This document shows positions 45,600-60,500 of a DNA stretch of 64,000 nt, in pieces. The DNA lies in the NCBI GenBank assembly GCA_964016885.1, contig OZ024743.1, positions 298,840,001-298,904,000 of the forward strand. The letters are read 5' to 3'. Every line of letters starts with the position of its first letter. Positions within the stretch are counted from its first letter, which is position 1. The DNA is from Eledone cirrhosa (Eukaryota). Under the pieces are notes generated by a model. That model did not search any database and had not been told where the DNA came from. It saw nothing but the letters and a program-made list of their open reading frames with translations. The translations under genes were made by a program, and so were the position numbers.

Positions 45600-48500
45600 A
45601 CATCCTCTATAACAACTAAAGACAATAGCAGCAATAGTAATAACCACAACAACACCTTCAACAGCAACAGACCACAACACTAACATCCTCTATAACAACT
45701 AAAGACAATACCAGCAATAGTAATAACCACAACAACACCTCCAACAGCAACAGGCCACAACACTAACATCCTCTATAACAACTAAAGACAATAGCAGCAA
45801 TAGTAATAACCACAAAAACACCTTCAACAGCAACATACCACAACACTAACATCCTCTATAACAACTAAAGACAATACCGGCACTAGTAATAACCACAACA
45901 ACACCTTAAACAGCAACAGACCACACCACTAACATCCTCTATAACAACTAAAGACAATACCAGAAATAGTAATAAGCACAACAACACCTTCAACAGCCAC
46001 AGCCCACAACACTAACATCCTCTATAACAACTAAAGACAATACCAGCAATAGTAATAACCACCACAACACCTTCAACACCAACAGACCACAACACTAACA
46101 TCCTCTACAACAACTAAAGACAATAGCAGCAATAATAATAACCACAACAACACCTTCAACAGCAACAGACCACAACACTAACATCCTCTATAAATACTAA
46201 AGACAATAGCAGCAATAGTAATAACCACAACAACACCTTCAACAGCAACAGACCACAACACTAACAACCTCTATAACAACTAATGACAATAGCAGCAATA
46301 GTAATAACCACAACAACACCTTCAACAGCAACATACCACAACACTAACATCCTCTATAACAACTAAAGACAATAGCAGCAATAGTAATAACCACAACAAC
46401 ACCTTCAACAGCAACATACCACAACACTAACATCCTCTATAACAACTAAAGACAATACCAGCAATAGTAATAACCACCACAACACCTTCACAGCAACATA
46501 CCACAACACTAATATCCTCTATATCAACTAAAGACAATACCAGCAATAGTAATAACCACAACAACACCTTCAACAGCAACATACCACAACACTAACATCC
46601 TCTATAACAACTAAAGACAATACCAGCAATAGTAATAACCACAACAACACCTTCAACAGCAACATACCACACCACTAACATCCTCTATCACAACTAAAGA
46701 CAATACCAGCAATAGTAATAACCACAACAACACCATCAACAGCAACATACCACACCACTAACACACTCTATAACAACTAAAGACAATACAAGCAATAGTA
46801 ATAACCACAACAACACCTTCAATACAACATACCACACCACTAACATCCTCTATAACAACTAAAGACAATAGCAGCAATAGTAATAACCACAACAACACCT
46901 TCAACAGCAACATACCACACCACTAACATCCTCTATAACAACTAAAGACAATACCAGCAATAGTAATAACCACAACAACACCTTCAACAGCAAAATACCA
47001 CACCACTAACATCCTCTATAACAACTAAAGACAATAGCAGCAATAGTAATAACCACAACAACACCTTCAACAGCAGCATACCACACCACTAACATCCTCT
47101 ATAACAACTAAAGTCAATACCAGCAATAGTAATAACCACAACAACACCTTCAACAACAACATACCACAACACTAACATCCTCTATAACAACTAAAGACAA
47201 TAGCAGCAATAGTTATAACCACAACAACACCTTCAACAGCAACATACCACAACACTAACATCCTCTATAACAACTAAAGACAATACCAGCAATAGTAATA
47301 AGCACAACAACACCTTCAACAGCAACATACCACAACACTAACATCCTTTATAACAACTAAAGACAATAGCAGCAATAGTAATAACCACAACAACACCTTC
47401 AACAGCAACAGACCACAACCCTAACATCCTCTATAACAACTAAAGACAATACCGGCAATAGTAATAACCACAACAACACCTTCAACAGCAACATACCACA
47501 ACACTAACATCCTCTACAACAACTAAAGACAATACCGGCAATAGTAATAACCACAACAACACCTTCAACAGCAGCATACCACACCACTAACATCCTCTAT
47601 AACAACTAAAGACAATAGCAGCAATAATAATAACCACAACAACACCTTCAACAGCAACATACCACACCACTAACATCCTCTATAACAACTTAAGACAATA
47701 GCAGCAATAGTAATAACCACAACAACATCTTCAACAGCAACATACCACACCACTAACATCCTCTATAACAACTAAAGACAATACCAGCAATAGTAATAAC
47801 CACAACAACACCTTCAACAGCAACATACCACACCACTAACATCCTCTATAACAACTAAAGACAATAGCAGCTATAGTAATAACCACAACAACACCTTCAA
47901 CAGCAACATACCACAACACTAACATCCTCTATAACAACTAAAGACAATAGCAGCAATAGTAATAACCACAAAAACACCTTCAACAGCAACATACCACACC
48001 ACTAACATCCTCTATAACAACTAAAGACAATAGCAGCAATAGTAATAACCACAACAACACATTCAACAGCAACATACCACACCACTGACATCCTCTATAA
48101 CAACTAAAGACAATAGCAGCAATAGTAATAACCACAACAACACCTTCAACAGCAACATACCACAACAGTAACATCCTCTATAGCAACTAAAGACAATAGC
48201 AGCAATAGCAATAACCACAACAACACCTTCAACAGCAACAGACCACAACACTAACATCCTCTATAACAATTAAAGACAATAGCAGCAATAGTAATAACCA
48301 CAACAACACCTTCAACAGCAACATACCACAAAACTAACATCCTCTATAACAACTAAAGACAATAGCAGCAATAGTAATAACCACAACAACACCTTCAACA
48401 GCAACAGACCACAACACTAACATCCTCTATAACAACTAAAGACAATAGCAGCAATAGTAATAACCACAACAACACCTTCAACAGCAACAGACCACAACAC

Positions 48501-51500
48501 TAACATCCTCTATAACAACTAAAGACAATACCAGCAATAGTAATAACCACAACAACACCTTCAACAGCAACAGGCCACAACACTAACATCCTCTATAACA
48601 ACTAAAGACAATAGTAGCAATAGTAATAACCACAACAACACCTTAAAGAGCAACAGACCACACCACTAACATCCTCTATAACAACTAAAGACAATACCAG
48701 CAATAGTAATAAGCACAGCAACACCTTCAACAGCAACATACCACAACACTAACATCCTCTATAACAACTAAAGACAATAGCAGAATAGTAATAACGACAA
48801 CAACACCTTCAACAGCAACATACCACAACACTAACATCCTCTATAACAACTAAAGACAATACCAGCAATAGTAATAACAACAACAACACCTTCAACAGCA
48901 ACATACCACACCACTAACATCCTCTATAACAACTAAAGACAATAGCAGCTATAGTAATAACCACAACAACACCTTCAACAGCAACATACCACAACACTGA
49001 CATCCTCTATAACAACTAAAGACAATAGCAGCAATAGTAATAACCACAACACCTTCAACAGCAACAGACCACAACACTAACATCCTCTATAACAACTAAA
49101 GACAATAGCAGCAATAGTAATAACCACAACAACACCTTCAACAGCAACAGACCACAACACTAACATCCTCTATAACAACTAAAGACAATACCAGCAATAG
49201 TAATAACCACAACAACACCTCCAACAGCAACAGGCCACAACACTAACATCCTCTATAACAACTAAAGACAATAGCAGCAATAGTAATAACCACAACAACA
49301 CCTTAAACAGCAACAGACCACACCACTAACATCCTCTATAACAACTAAAGACAATACCAGAAATAGTAATAAGCACAACAACACCTTCAACAGCCACAGC
49401 CCACAACACTAACATCCTCTATAACAACTAAAGACAATACCAGCAATAGTAATAACCACCACAACACCTTCAACACCAACAGACCACAACACTAACATCC
49501 TCTACAACAACTAAAGACAATAGCAGCAATAATAATAACCACAACAACACCTTCAACAGCAACAGACCACAACACTAACATCCTCTATAATTACTAAAGA
49601 CAATAGCAGCAATAGTAATAACCACAACAACACCTTCAACAGCAACAGACCACAACACTAACAACCTCTATAACAACTAATGACAATAGCAGCAATAGTA
49701 ATAACCACAACAACACCTTCAACAGCAACATACCACAACACTAACATCCTCTATAACAACTAAAGACAATAGCAGCAATAGTAATAACCACAACAACACC
49801 TTCAACAGCAACATACCACAACACTAACATCCTCTATAACAACTAAAGACAATACCAGCAATAGTAATAACCACCACAACACCTTCACAGCAACATACCA
49901 CAACACTAATATCCTCTATATCAACTAAAGACAATACCAGCAATAGTAATAACCACAACAACACCTTCAACAGCAACATACCACAACACTAACATCCTCT
50001 ATAACAACTAAAGACAATACCAGCAATAGTAATAACCACAACAACACCTTCAACAGCAACATACCACACCACTAACATCCTCTATCACAACTAAAGACAA
50101 TACCAGCAATAGTAATAACCACAACAACACCATCAACAGCAACATACCACACCACTAACACACTCTATAACAACTAAAGACAATACAAGCAATAGTAATA
50201 ACCACAACAACACCTTCAATACAACATACCACACCACTAACATCCTCTATAACAACTAAAGACAATAGCAGCAATAGTAATAACCACAACAACACCTTCA
50301 ACAGCAACATACCACACCACTAACATCCTCTATAACAACTAAAGACAATACCAGCAATAGTAATAACCACAACAACACCTTCAACAGCAAAATACCACAC
50401 CACTAACATCCTCTATAACAACTAAAGACAATAGCAGCAATAGTAATAACCACAACAACACCTTCAACAGCAGCATACCACACCACTAACATCCTCTATA
50501 ACAACTAAAGACAATACCAGCAATAGTAATAACCACAACAACACCTTCAACAACAACATACCACAACACTAACATCCTCTATAACAACTAAAGACAATAG
50601 CAGCAATAGTTATAACCACAACAACACCTTCAACAGCAACATACCACAACACTAACATCCTCTATAACAACTAAAGACAATACCAGCAATAGTAATAAGC
50701 ACAACAACACCTTCAACAGCAACATACCACAACACTAACATCCTTTATAACAACTAAAGACAATAGCAGCAATAGTAATAACCACAACAACACCTTCAAC
50801 AGAAACAGACCACAACCCTAACATCCTCTATAACAACTAAAGACAATACCGGCAATAGTAATAACCACAACAACACCTTCAACAGCAACATACCACAACA
50901 CTAACATCCTCTACAACAACTAAAGACAATACCGGCAATAGTAATAACCACAACAACACCTTCAACAGCAGCATACCACACCACTAACATCCTCTATAAC
51001 AACTAAAGACAATAGCAGCAATAATAATAACCACAACAACACCTTCAACAGCAACAGACCACAACACTAACATCCTCTATAACAACTAAAGACAATACCA
51101 GCAATAGTAATAACCACAACAACACATTCAACAGCAACATACCACACCACTAACATCCTCTATAACAACTAAAGACAATAGCAGCAATAGTAATAACCAC
51201 AACAACATCTTCAACAGCAACATACCACACCACTAACATCCTCTATAACAACTAAAGACAATACCAGCAATAGTAATAACCACAACAACACCTTCAACAG
51301 CAACATACCACACCACTAACATCCTCTATAACAACTAAAGACAATAGCAGCTATAGTAATAACCACAACAACACCTTCAACAGCAACATACCACAACACT
51401 AACATCCTCTATAACAACTAAAGACAATAGCAGCAATAGTAATAACCACAAAAACACCTTCAACAGCAACATACCACACCACTAACATCCTCTATAACAA

Positions 51501-54500
51501 CTAAAGACAATAGCAGCAATAGTAATAACCACAACAACACCTTCAACAGCAACATACCACAACAGTAACATCCTCTATAGCAACTAAAGACAATAGCAGC
51601 AATAGCAATACCACAACAACACCTTCAACAGCAACAGACCACAACACTAACATCCTCTATAACAATTAAAGACAATAGCAGCAATAGTAATAACCACAAC
51701 AACACCTTCAACAGCAACATACCACAAAACTAACATCCTCTATAACAACTAAAGACAATAGCAGCAATAGTCATAACCACAACAACACCTTCAACAGCAA
51801 CAGACCACAACACTAACATCCTCTATAACAACTAAAGACAATAGCAGCAATAGTAATAACCACAACAACACCTTCAACAGCAACAGACCACAACACTAAC
51901 ATCCTCTATAACAACTAAAGACAATAGCAGCAATAGTAATAACCACAACAACACCTTCAACAGCAACAGACCACAACACTAACATCCTCTATAACAACTA
52001 AAGACAATAGCAGCAATAATAATAACCACAACAACACCTTCAACAGCAACAGACCACAACACTAACATCCTCTATAACAACTAAAGACAATAGCAGCAAT
52101 AGTAATAACCACAACAACACCTTCAACAGCAACAGACCACAACACTAACATCCTCTATAACAACTAAAGACAATACCAGCAATAGTAATAACCACAACAA
52201 CACCTTCAACAGCAACAGGCCACAACACTAACATCCTCTATAACAACTAAAGACAATAGCAGCAATAGTAATAACCACAACAACACCTTAAAGAGCAACA
52301 GACCACACCACTAACATCCTCTATAACAACTAAAGACAATACCAGCAATAGTAATAAGCACAACAACACCTTCAACAGCAACATACCACAACACTAACAT
52401 CCTCTATAACAACTAAAGACAATAGCAGAATAGTAATAACGACAACAACACCTTCAACAGCAACATACCACAACACTAACATCCTCTATAACAACTAAAG
52501 ACAATACCAGCAATAGTAATAACCACAAAACCTTCAACAGCAACATACCACACCACTAACATCCTCTATAACAACTAAAGACAATTGCAGCAATAGTAAT
52601 AACCACAACAACACCTTCAACAGCAACATACCACACCACTAACATCCTCTATAACAACTAAAGACAATACCAGCAATAGTAATAACCACAACAACACCTT
52701 CAACAGCAACATACCACACCACTAACATCCTCTATAACAACTAAAGACAATAGCAGCAATAGTAATAACCACAACAACATCTTCAACAGCAACATACCAC
52801 ACCACTAACATCCTCTATAACAACTAAAGACAATACCAGCAATAGTAATAACCACAACAACACCTTCAACAGCAACATACCACACCACTAACATCCTCTA
52901 TAACAACTAAAGACAATAGCAGCTATAGTAATAACCACAACAACACCTTCAACAGCAACAGACCACAACACTAACAACCTCTATAACAACTAATGACAAT
53001 AGCAGCAATAGTAATAACCACAACAACACCTTCAACAGCAACATACCACAACACTAACATCCTCTATAACAACTAAAGACAATAGCAGCAATAGTAATAA
53101 CCACAACAACACCTTCAACAGCAACATACCACAACACTAACATCCTCTATAACAACTAAAGACAATACCAGCAATAGTAATAACCACCACAACACCTTCA
53201 ACAGCAACATACTACAACACTAATATCCTCTATATCAACTAAAGACAATACCAGCAATAGTAATAACCACAACAACACCTTCAACAGCAACATACCACAA
53301 CACTAACATCCTCTATAACAACTAAAGACAATACCAGCAATAGTAATAACCACAACAACACCTTCAACAGCAACATACCACACCACTAACATCCTCTATC
53401 ACAACTAAAGACAATACCAGCAATAGTAATAACCACAACAACACCATCAACAGCAACATACCACACCACTAACACACTCTATAACAACTAAAGACAATAC
53501 AAGCAATAGTAATAACCACAACAACACCTTCAATACAACATACCACACCACTAACATCCTCTATGACAACTAAAGACAATAGCAGCAATAGTAATAACCA
53601 CAACAACACCTTCAACAGCAACATACCACACCACTAACATCCTCTATAACAACTAAAGACAATACCAGCAATAGTAATAACCACAACAACACCTTCAACA
53701 GCAAAATACCACACCACTAACATCCTCTATAACAACTAAAGACAATAGCAGCAATAGTAATAACCACAACAACACCTTCAACAGCAGCATACCACACCAC
53801 TAACATCCTCTATAACAACTAAAGGCAATACCAGCAATAGTAATAACCACAACAACACCTTCAACAACAACATACCACAACACTAACATCCTCTATAACA
53901 ACTAAAGACAATAGCAGCAATAGTTATAACCACAACAACACCTTCAACAGCAACATACCACAACACTAACATCCTCTATAACAACTAAAGACAATACCAG
54001 CAATAGTAATAAGCACAACAACACCTTCAATAGCAACATACCACAACACTAACATCCTTTATAACAACTAAAGACAATAGCAGCAATAGTAATAACCACA
54101 ACAACACCTTCAACAGCAACAGACCACAACCCTAACATCCTCTATAACAACTAAAGACAATACCGGCAATAGTAATAACCACAACAACACCTTCAACAGC
54201 AACATACCACAACACTAACATCCTCTACAACAACTAAAGACAATACCGGCAATAGTAATAACCACAACAACACCTTCAACAGCAGCATACCACACCACTA
54301 ACATCCTCTATAACAACTAAAGACAATAGCAGCAATAATAATAACCACAACAACACCTTCAACAGCAACAGACCACAACACTAACATCCTCTATAACAAC
54401 TAAAGACAATACCAGCAATAGTAATAACCACAACAACACCTTCAACAGCAACATACCACACCACTAACATCCTCTATAACAACTAAAGACAATAGCAGCA

Positions 54501-57500
54501 ATAGGAATAACCACAACAACATCTTCAACAGCAACATACCACACCACTAACATCCTCTATAACAACTAAAGACAATACCAGCAATAGTAATAACAACAAC
54601 AACACCTTCAACAGCAACATACCACACCACTAACATCCTCTATAACAACTAAAGACAATAGCAGCTATAGTAATAACCACAACAACACCTTCAACAGCAA
54701 CATACCACAACACTAACATCCTCTATAACAACTAAAGACAATAGCAGCAATAGTAATAACCACAAAAACACCTTCAACAGCAAAATACCACACCACTAAC
54801 ATCCTCTATAACAACTAAAGACAATACCAGCAATAGTAATAACCACAACAACACATTCAACAGCAACATACCACACCACTGACATCCTCTATAACAACTA
54901 AAGACAATAGCAGCAATAGTAATAACCACAACAACACCTTCAACAGCAACATACCACAACAGTAACATCCTCTATAGCAACTAAAGACAATAGCAGCAAT
55001 AGCAATAACCACAACAACACCTTCAACAGCAACATACCACAACAGTAACATCCTCTATAACAATTAAAGACAATAGCAGCAATAGTAATAACCACAACAA
55101 CACCTTCAACAGCAACATACCACAACAGTAACATCCTCTATAACAATTAAAGACAATAGCAGCAATAGTAATAACCACAACAACACCTTCAACAGCAACA
55201 TACCACAACAGTAACATCCTCTATAACAATTAAAGACAATAGCAGCAATAGTAATAACCACAACAACACCTTCAACAGCAACATACCACAACAGTAACAT
55301 CCTCTATAACAATTAAAGACAATAGCAGCAATAGCAATAACCACAACAACACCTTCAACAGCAACATACCACAACACTAACATCCTCTATAACAATTAAA
55401 GACAATAGCAGCAATAGTAATAACCACAACAACACCTTCAACAGCAACATACCACAACAGTAACATCCTCTATAGCAACTAAAGACAATAGCAGCAATAG
55501 CAATAACCACAACAACACCTTCAACAGCAACAGACCACAACACTAACATCCTCTATAACAACTAAAGACAATAGCAGCAATAGTAATAACCACAACAACA
55601 CCTTCAACAGCAACAGCCCACAACACTAACATCCTCTATAACAACTAAAGACAATACCAGCAATAGTAATAACCACAACAACACCTTCAACAGCAACAGG
55701 CCACAACACTAACATCCTCTATAACAACTAAAGACAATAGCAGCAATAGTAATAACCACAACAACACCTTAAACAGCAACAGACCACACCACTAACATCC
55801 TCTATAACAACTAAAGACAATACCAGCAATAGTAATAAGCACAACAACACCTTCAACAGCAACATACCACAACACTAACATCCTCTATAACAACTAAAGA
55901 CAATAGCAGAATAGTAATAACGACAACAACACCTTCAACAGCAACATACCACACCACTAACATCCTCTATAACAACTAAAGACAATACCAGCAATAGTAA
56001 TAACCACAAAACCTTCAAAAGCAACATACCACACCACTAACATCCTCTATAACAACTAAAGACAATTGCAGCAATAGTAATAACCACAACAACACCTTCA
56101 ACAGCAACATACCACACCACTAACATCCTCTATAACAACTAAAGACAATACCAGCAATAGTAATAACCACAACAACACCTTCAACAGCAACATACCACAC
56201 CACTAACATCCTCTATAACAACTAAAGACAATAGCAGCAATAGTAATAACCACAACAACATCTTCAACAGCAACATACCACACCACTAACATCCTCTATA
56301 ACAACTAAAGACAATACCAGCAATAGTAATAACCACAACAACACCTTCAACAGCAGCATACCACACCACTAACATCCTCTATAACAACTAAAGACAATAG
56401 CAGCAATAATAATAACCACAACAACACCTTCAACAGCAACAGACCACAACACTAACAACCTCTATAACAACTAATGACAATAGCAGCAATAGTAATAACC
56501 ACAACAACACCTTCAACAGCAACATACCACAACACTAACATCCTCTATAACAACTAAAGACAATAGCAGCAATAGTAATAACCACAACAACACCTTCAAC
56601 AGCAACATACCACAACACTAACATCCTCTATAACAACTAAAGACAATACCAGCAATAGTAATAACCACCACAACACCTTCAACAGCAACATACCACACCA
56701 CTAACATCCTCTATAACAACTAAAGACAATAGCAGCAATAGTAATAACCACAACAACACCTTCAACAGCAGCATACCACACCACTAACATCCTCTATAAC
56801 AACTAAAGACAATAGCAGCTATAGTAATAACCACAACAACACCTTCAACAGCAACAGACCACAACACTAACAACCTCTATAACAACTAATGACAATAGCA
56901 GCAATAGTAATAACCACAACAACACCTTCAACAGCAACATACCACAACACTAACATCCTCTATAACAACTAAAGACAATAGCAGCAATAGTAATAACCAC
57001 AACAACACCTTCAACAGCAACATACCACAACACTAACATCCTCTATAACAACTAAAGACAATACCAGCAATAGTAATAACCACCACAACACCTTCAACAG
57101 CAACATACCACAACACTAATATCCTCTATATCAACTAAAGACAATACCAGCAATAGTAATAACCACAACAACACCTTCAACAGCAACATACCACAACACT
57201 AACATCCTCTACAACAACTAAAGACAATACCGGCAATAGTAATAACCACAACAACACCTTCAACAGCAGCATACCACACCACTAACATCCTCTATAACAA
57301 CTAAAGACAATAGCAGCAATAATAATAACCACAACAACACCTTCAACAGCAACAGACCACAACACTAACATCCTCTATAACAACTAAAGACAATACCAGC
57401 AATAGTAATAAGCACAACAACACCTTCAACAGCAACATACCACACCACTAACATCCTCTATAACAACTAAAGACAATAGCAGCAATAGTAATAACCACAA

Positions 57501-60500
57501 CAACATCTTCAACAGCAACATACCACACCACTAACATCCTCTATAACAACTAAAGACAATACCAGCAATAGTAATAACCACAACAACACCTTCAACAGCA
57601 ACATAGCACACCACTAACATCCTCTATAACAACTAAAGACAATAGCAGCTATAGTAATAACTACAACAACACCTTCAACAGCAACATACCACAACACTAA
57701 CATCCTCTATAACAACTAAAGACAATAGCAGCAATAGTAATAACCACAAAAACACCTTCAACAGCAAAATACCACACCACTAACATCCTCTATAACAACT
57801 AAAGACAATACCAGCAATAGTAATAACCACAACAACACATTCAACAGCAACATACCACACCACTGACATCCTCTATAACAACTAAAGACAATAGCAGCAA
57901 TAGTAATAACCACAACAACACCTTCAACAGCAACATACCACAACAGTAACATCCTCTATAGCAACTAAAGACAATAGCAGCAATAGCAATAACCACAACA
58001 ACACCTTCAACAGCAACAGACCACAACACTAACATCCTCTATAACAATTAAAGACAATAGCGGCAATAGTAATAACCACAACAACACCTTCAACAGCAAC
58101 ATACCACAACAGTAACATCCTCTATAGCAACTAAAGACAATAGCAGCAATAGCAATAACCACAACAACACCTTCAACAGCAACAGACCACAACACTAACA
58201 TCCTCTATAACAACTAAAGACAATAGCAGCAATAGTAATAACCACAACAACACCTTCAACAGCAACAGACCACAACACTAACATCCTCTATAACAACTAA
58301 AGACAATACCAGCAATAGTAATAACCACAACAACACCTTCAACAGCAACAGGCCACAACACTAACATCCTCTATAACAACTAAAGACAATAGTAGCAATA
58401 GTAATAACCACAACAACACCTTAAACAACAACAGACCACACCACTAACATCCTCTATAACAACTAAAGACAATACCAGCAATAGTAATAAGCACAACAAC
58501 ACCTTCAACAGCAACATACCACAACACTAACATCCTCTATAACAACTAAAGACAATAGCAGAATAGTAATAACGACAACAACACCTTCAACAGCAACATA
58601 CCACACCACTAACATCCTCTATAACAACTAAAGACAATACCAGCAATAGTAATAACCACAAAACCTTCAACAGCAACATACCACACCACTAACATCCTCT
58701 ATAACAACTAAAGACAATTGCAGCAATAGTAATAACCACAACAACACCTTCAACAGCAACATACCACACCACTAACATCCTCTATAACAACTAAAGACAA
58801 TACCAGCAATAGTAATAACCACAACAACACCTTCAACAGCAACATACCACACCACTAACATCCTCTATAACAACTAAAGACAATACCAGCAATAGTAATA
58901 ACCACAACAACACCTTCAACAGCAACATACCACACCACTAACATCCTCTATCACAACTAAAGACAATACCAGCAATAGTAATAACCACAACAACACCATC
59001 AACAGCAACATACCACACCACTAACACACTCTATAACAACTAAAGACAATACAAGCAATAGTAATAACCACAACAACACCTTCAATACAACATACCACAC
59101 CACTAACATCCTCTATAACAACTAAAGACAATAGCAGCAATAGTAATAACCACAACAACACCTTCAACAGCAACATACCACACCACTAACATCCTCTATA
59201 ACAACTAAAGACAATACCAGCAATAGTAATAACCACAACAACACCTTCAACAGCAAAATACCACACCACTAACATCCTCTATAACAACTAAAGACAATAG
59301 CAGCAATAGTAATAACCACAACAACACCTTCAACAGCAGCATACTACACCACTAACATCCTCTATAACAACTAAAGACAATACCAGCAATAGTAATAACC
59401 ACAACAACACCTTCAACAACAACATACCACAACACTAACATCCTCTATAACAACTAAAGACAATAGCAGCAATAGTTATAACCACAACAACACCTTCAAC
59501 AGCAACATACCACAACACTAACATCCTCTATAACAACTAAAGACAATACCAGCAATAGTAATAAGCACAACAACACCTTCAACAGCAACATACCACAACA
59601 CTAACATCCTTTATAACAACTAAAGACAATAGCAGCAATAGTAATAACCACAAAAACACCTTCAACAGCAACAGACCACAACCCTAACATCCTCTATAAC
59701 AACTAAAGACAATACCGGCAATAGTAATAACCACAACAACACCTTCAACAGCAACATACCACAACACTAACATCCTCTACAACAACTAAAGACAATACCG
59801 GCAATAGTAATAACCACAACAACACCTTCAACAGCAGCATACCACACCACTAACATCCTCTATAACAACTAAAGACAATAGCAGCAATAATAATAACCAC
59901 AACAACACCTTCAACAGCAACAGACCACAACACTAACATCCTCTATAACAACTAAAGACAATACCAGCAATAGTAATAACCACAACAACACCTTCAACAG
60001 CAACATACCACACCACTAACATCCTCTATAACAACTAAAGACAATAGCAGCAATAGTAATAACCACAACAACATCTTCAACAGCAACATACCACACCACT
60101 AACATCCTCTATAACAACTAAAGACAATACCAGCAATAGTAATAACCACAACAACACCTTCAACAGCAACATACCACACCACTAACATCCTCTATAACAA
60201 CTAAAGACAATAGCAGCTATAGTAATAACCACAACAACAACTTCAACAGCAACATACCACAACACTAACATCCTCTATAACAACTAAAGACAATAGCAGC
60301 AATAGTAATAACCACAAAAACACCTTCAACAGCAACATACCACACCACTAACATCCTCTATAACAACTAAAGACAATACCAGCAATAGTAATAACCACAA
60401 CAACACCTTCAACAGCAACATACCACAACAGTAACATCCTCTATAGCAACTAAAGACAATAGCAGCAATAGCAATAACCACAACAACACCTTCAACAGCA

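Larger units (their letters stand above)
6040..45600. repeat. Satellite sub-domain B, an irregular higher-order repeat
   Basis: Markers concentrated here are CAAATGCAACAG, AAAGATAATAGCAGCC, ATACGACACC, CCTCAACAAC, CATAAACACC and AATAATCAC. From about 35.3 kb it becomes transitional and gains domain-C markers. Boundaries are approximate. Confidence 0.7.
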
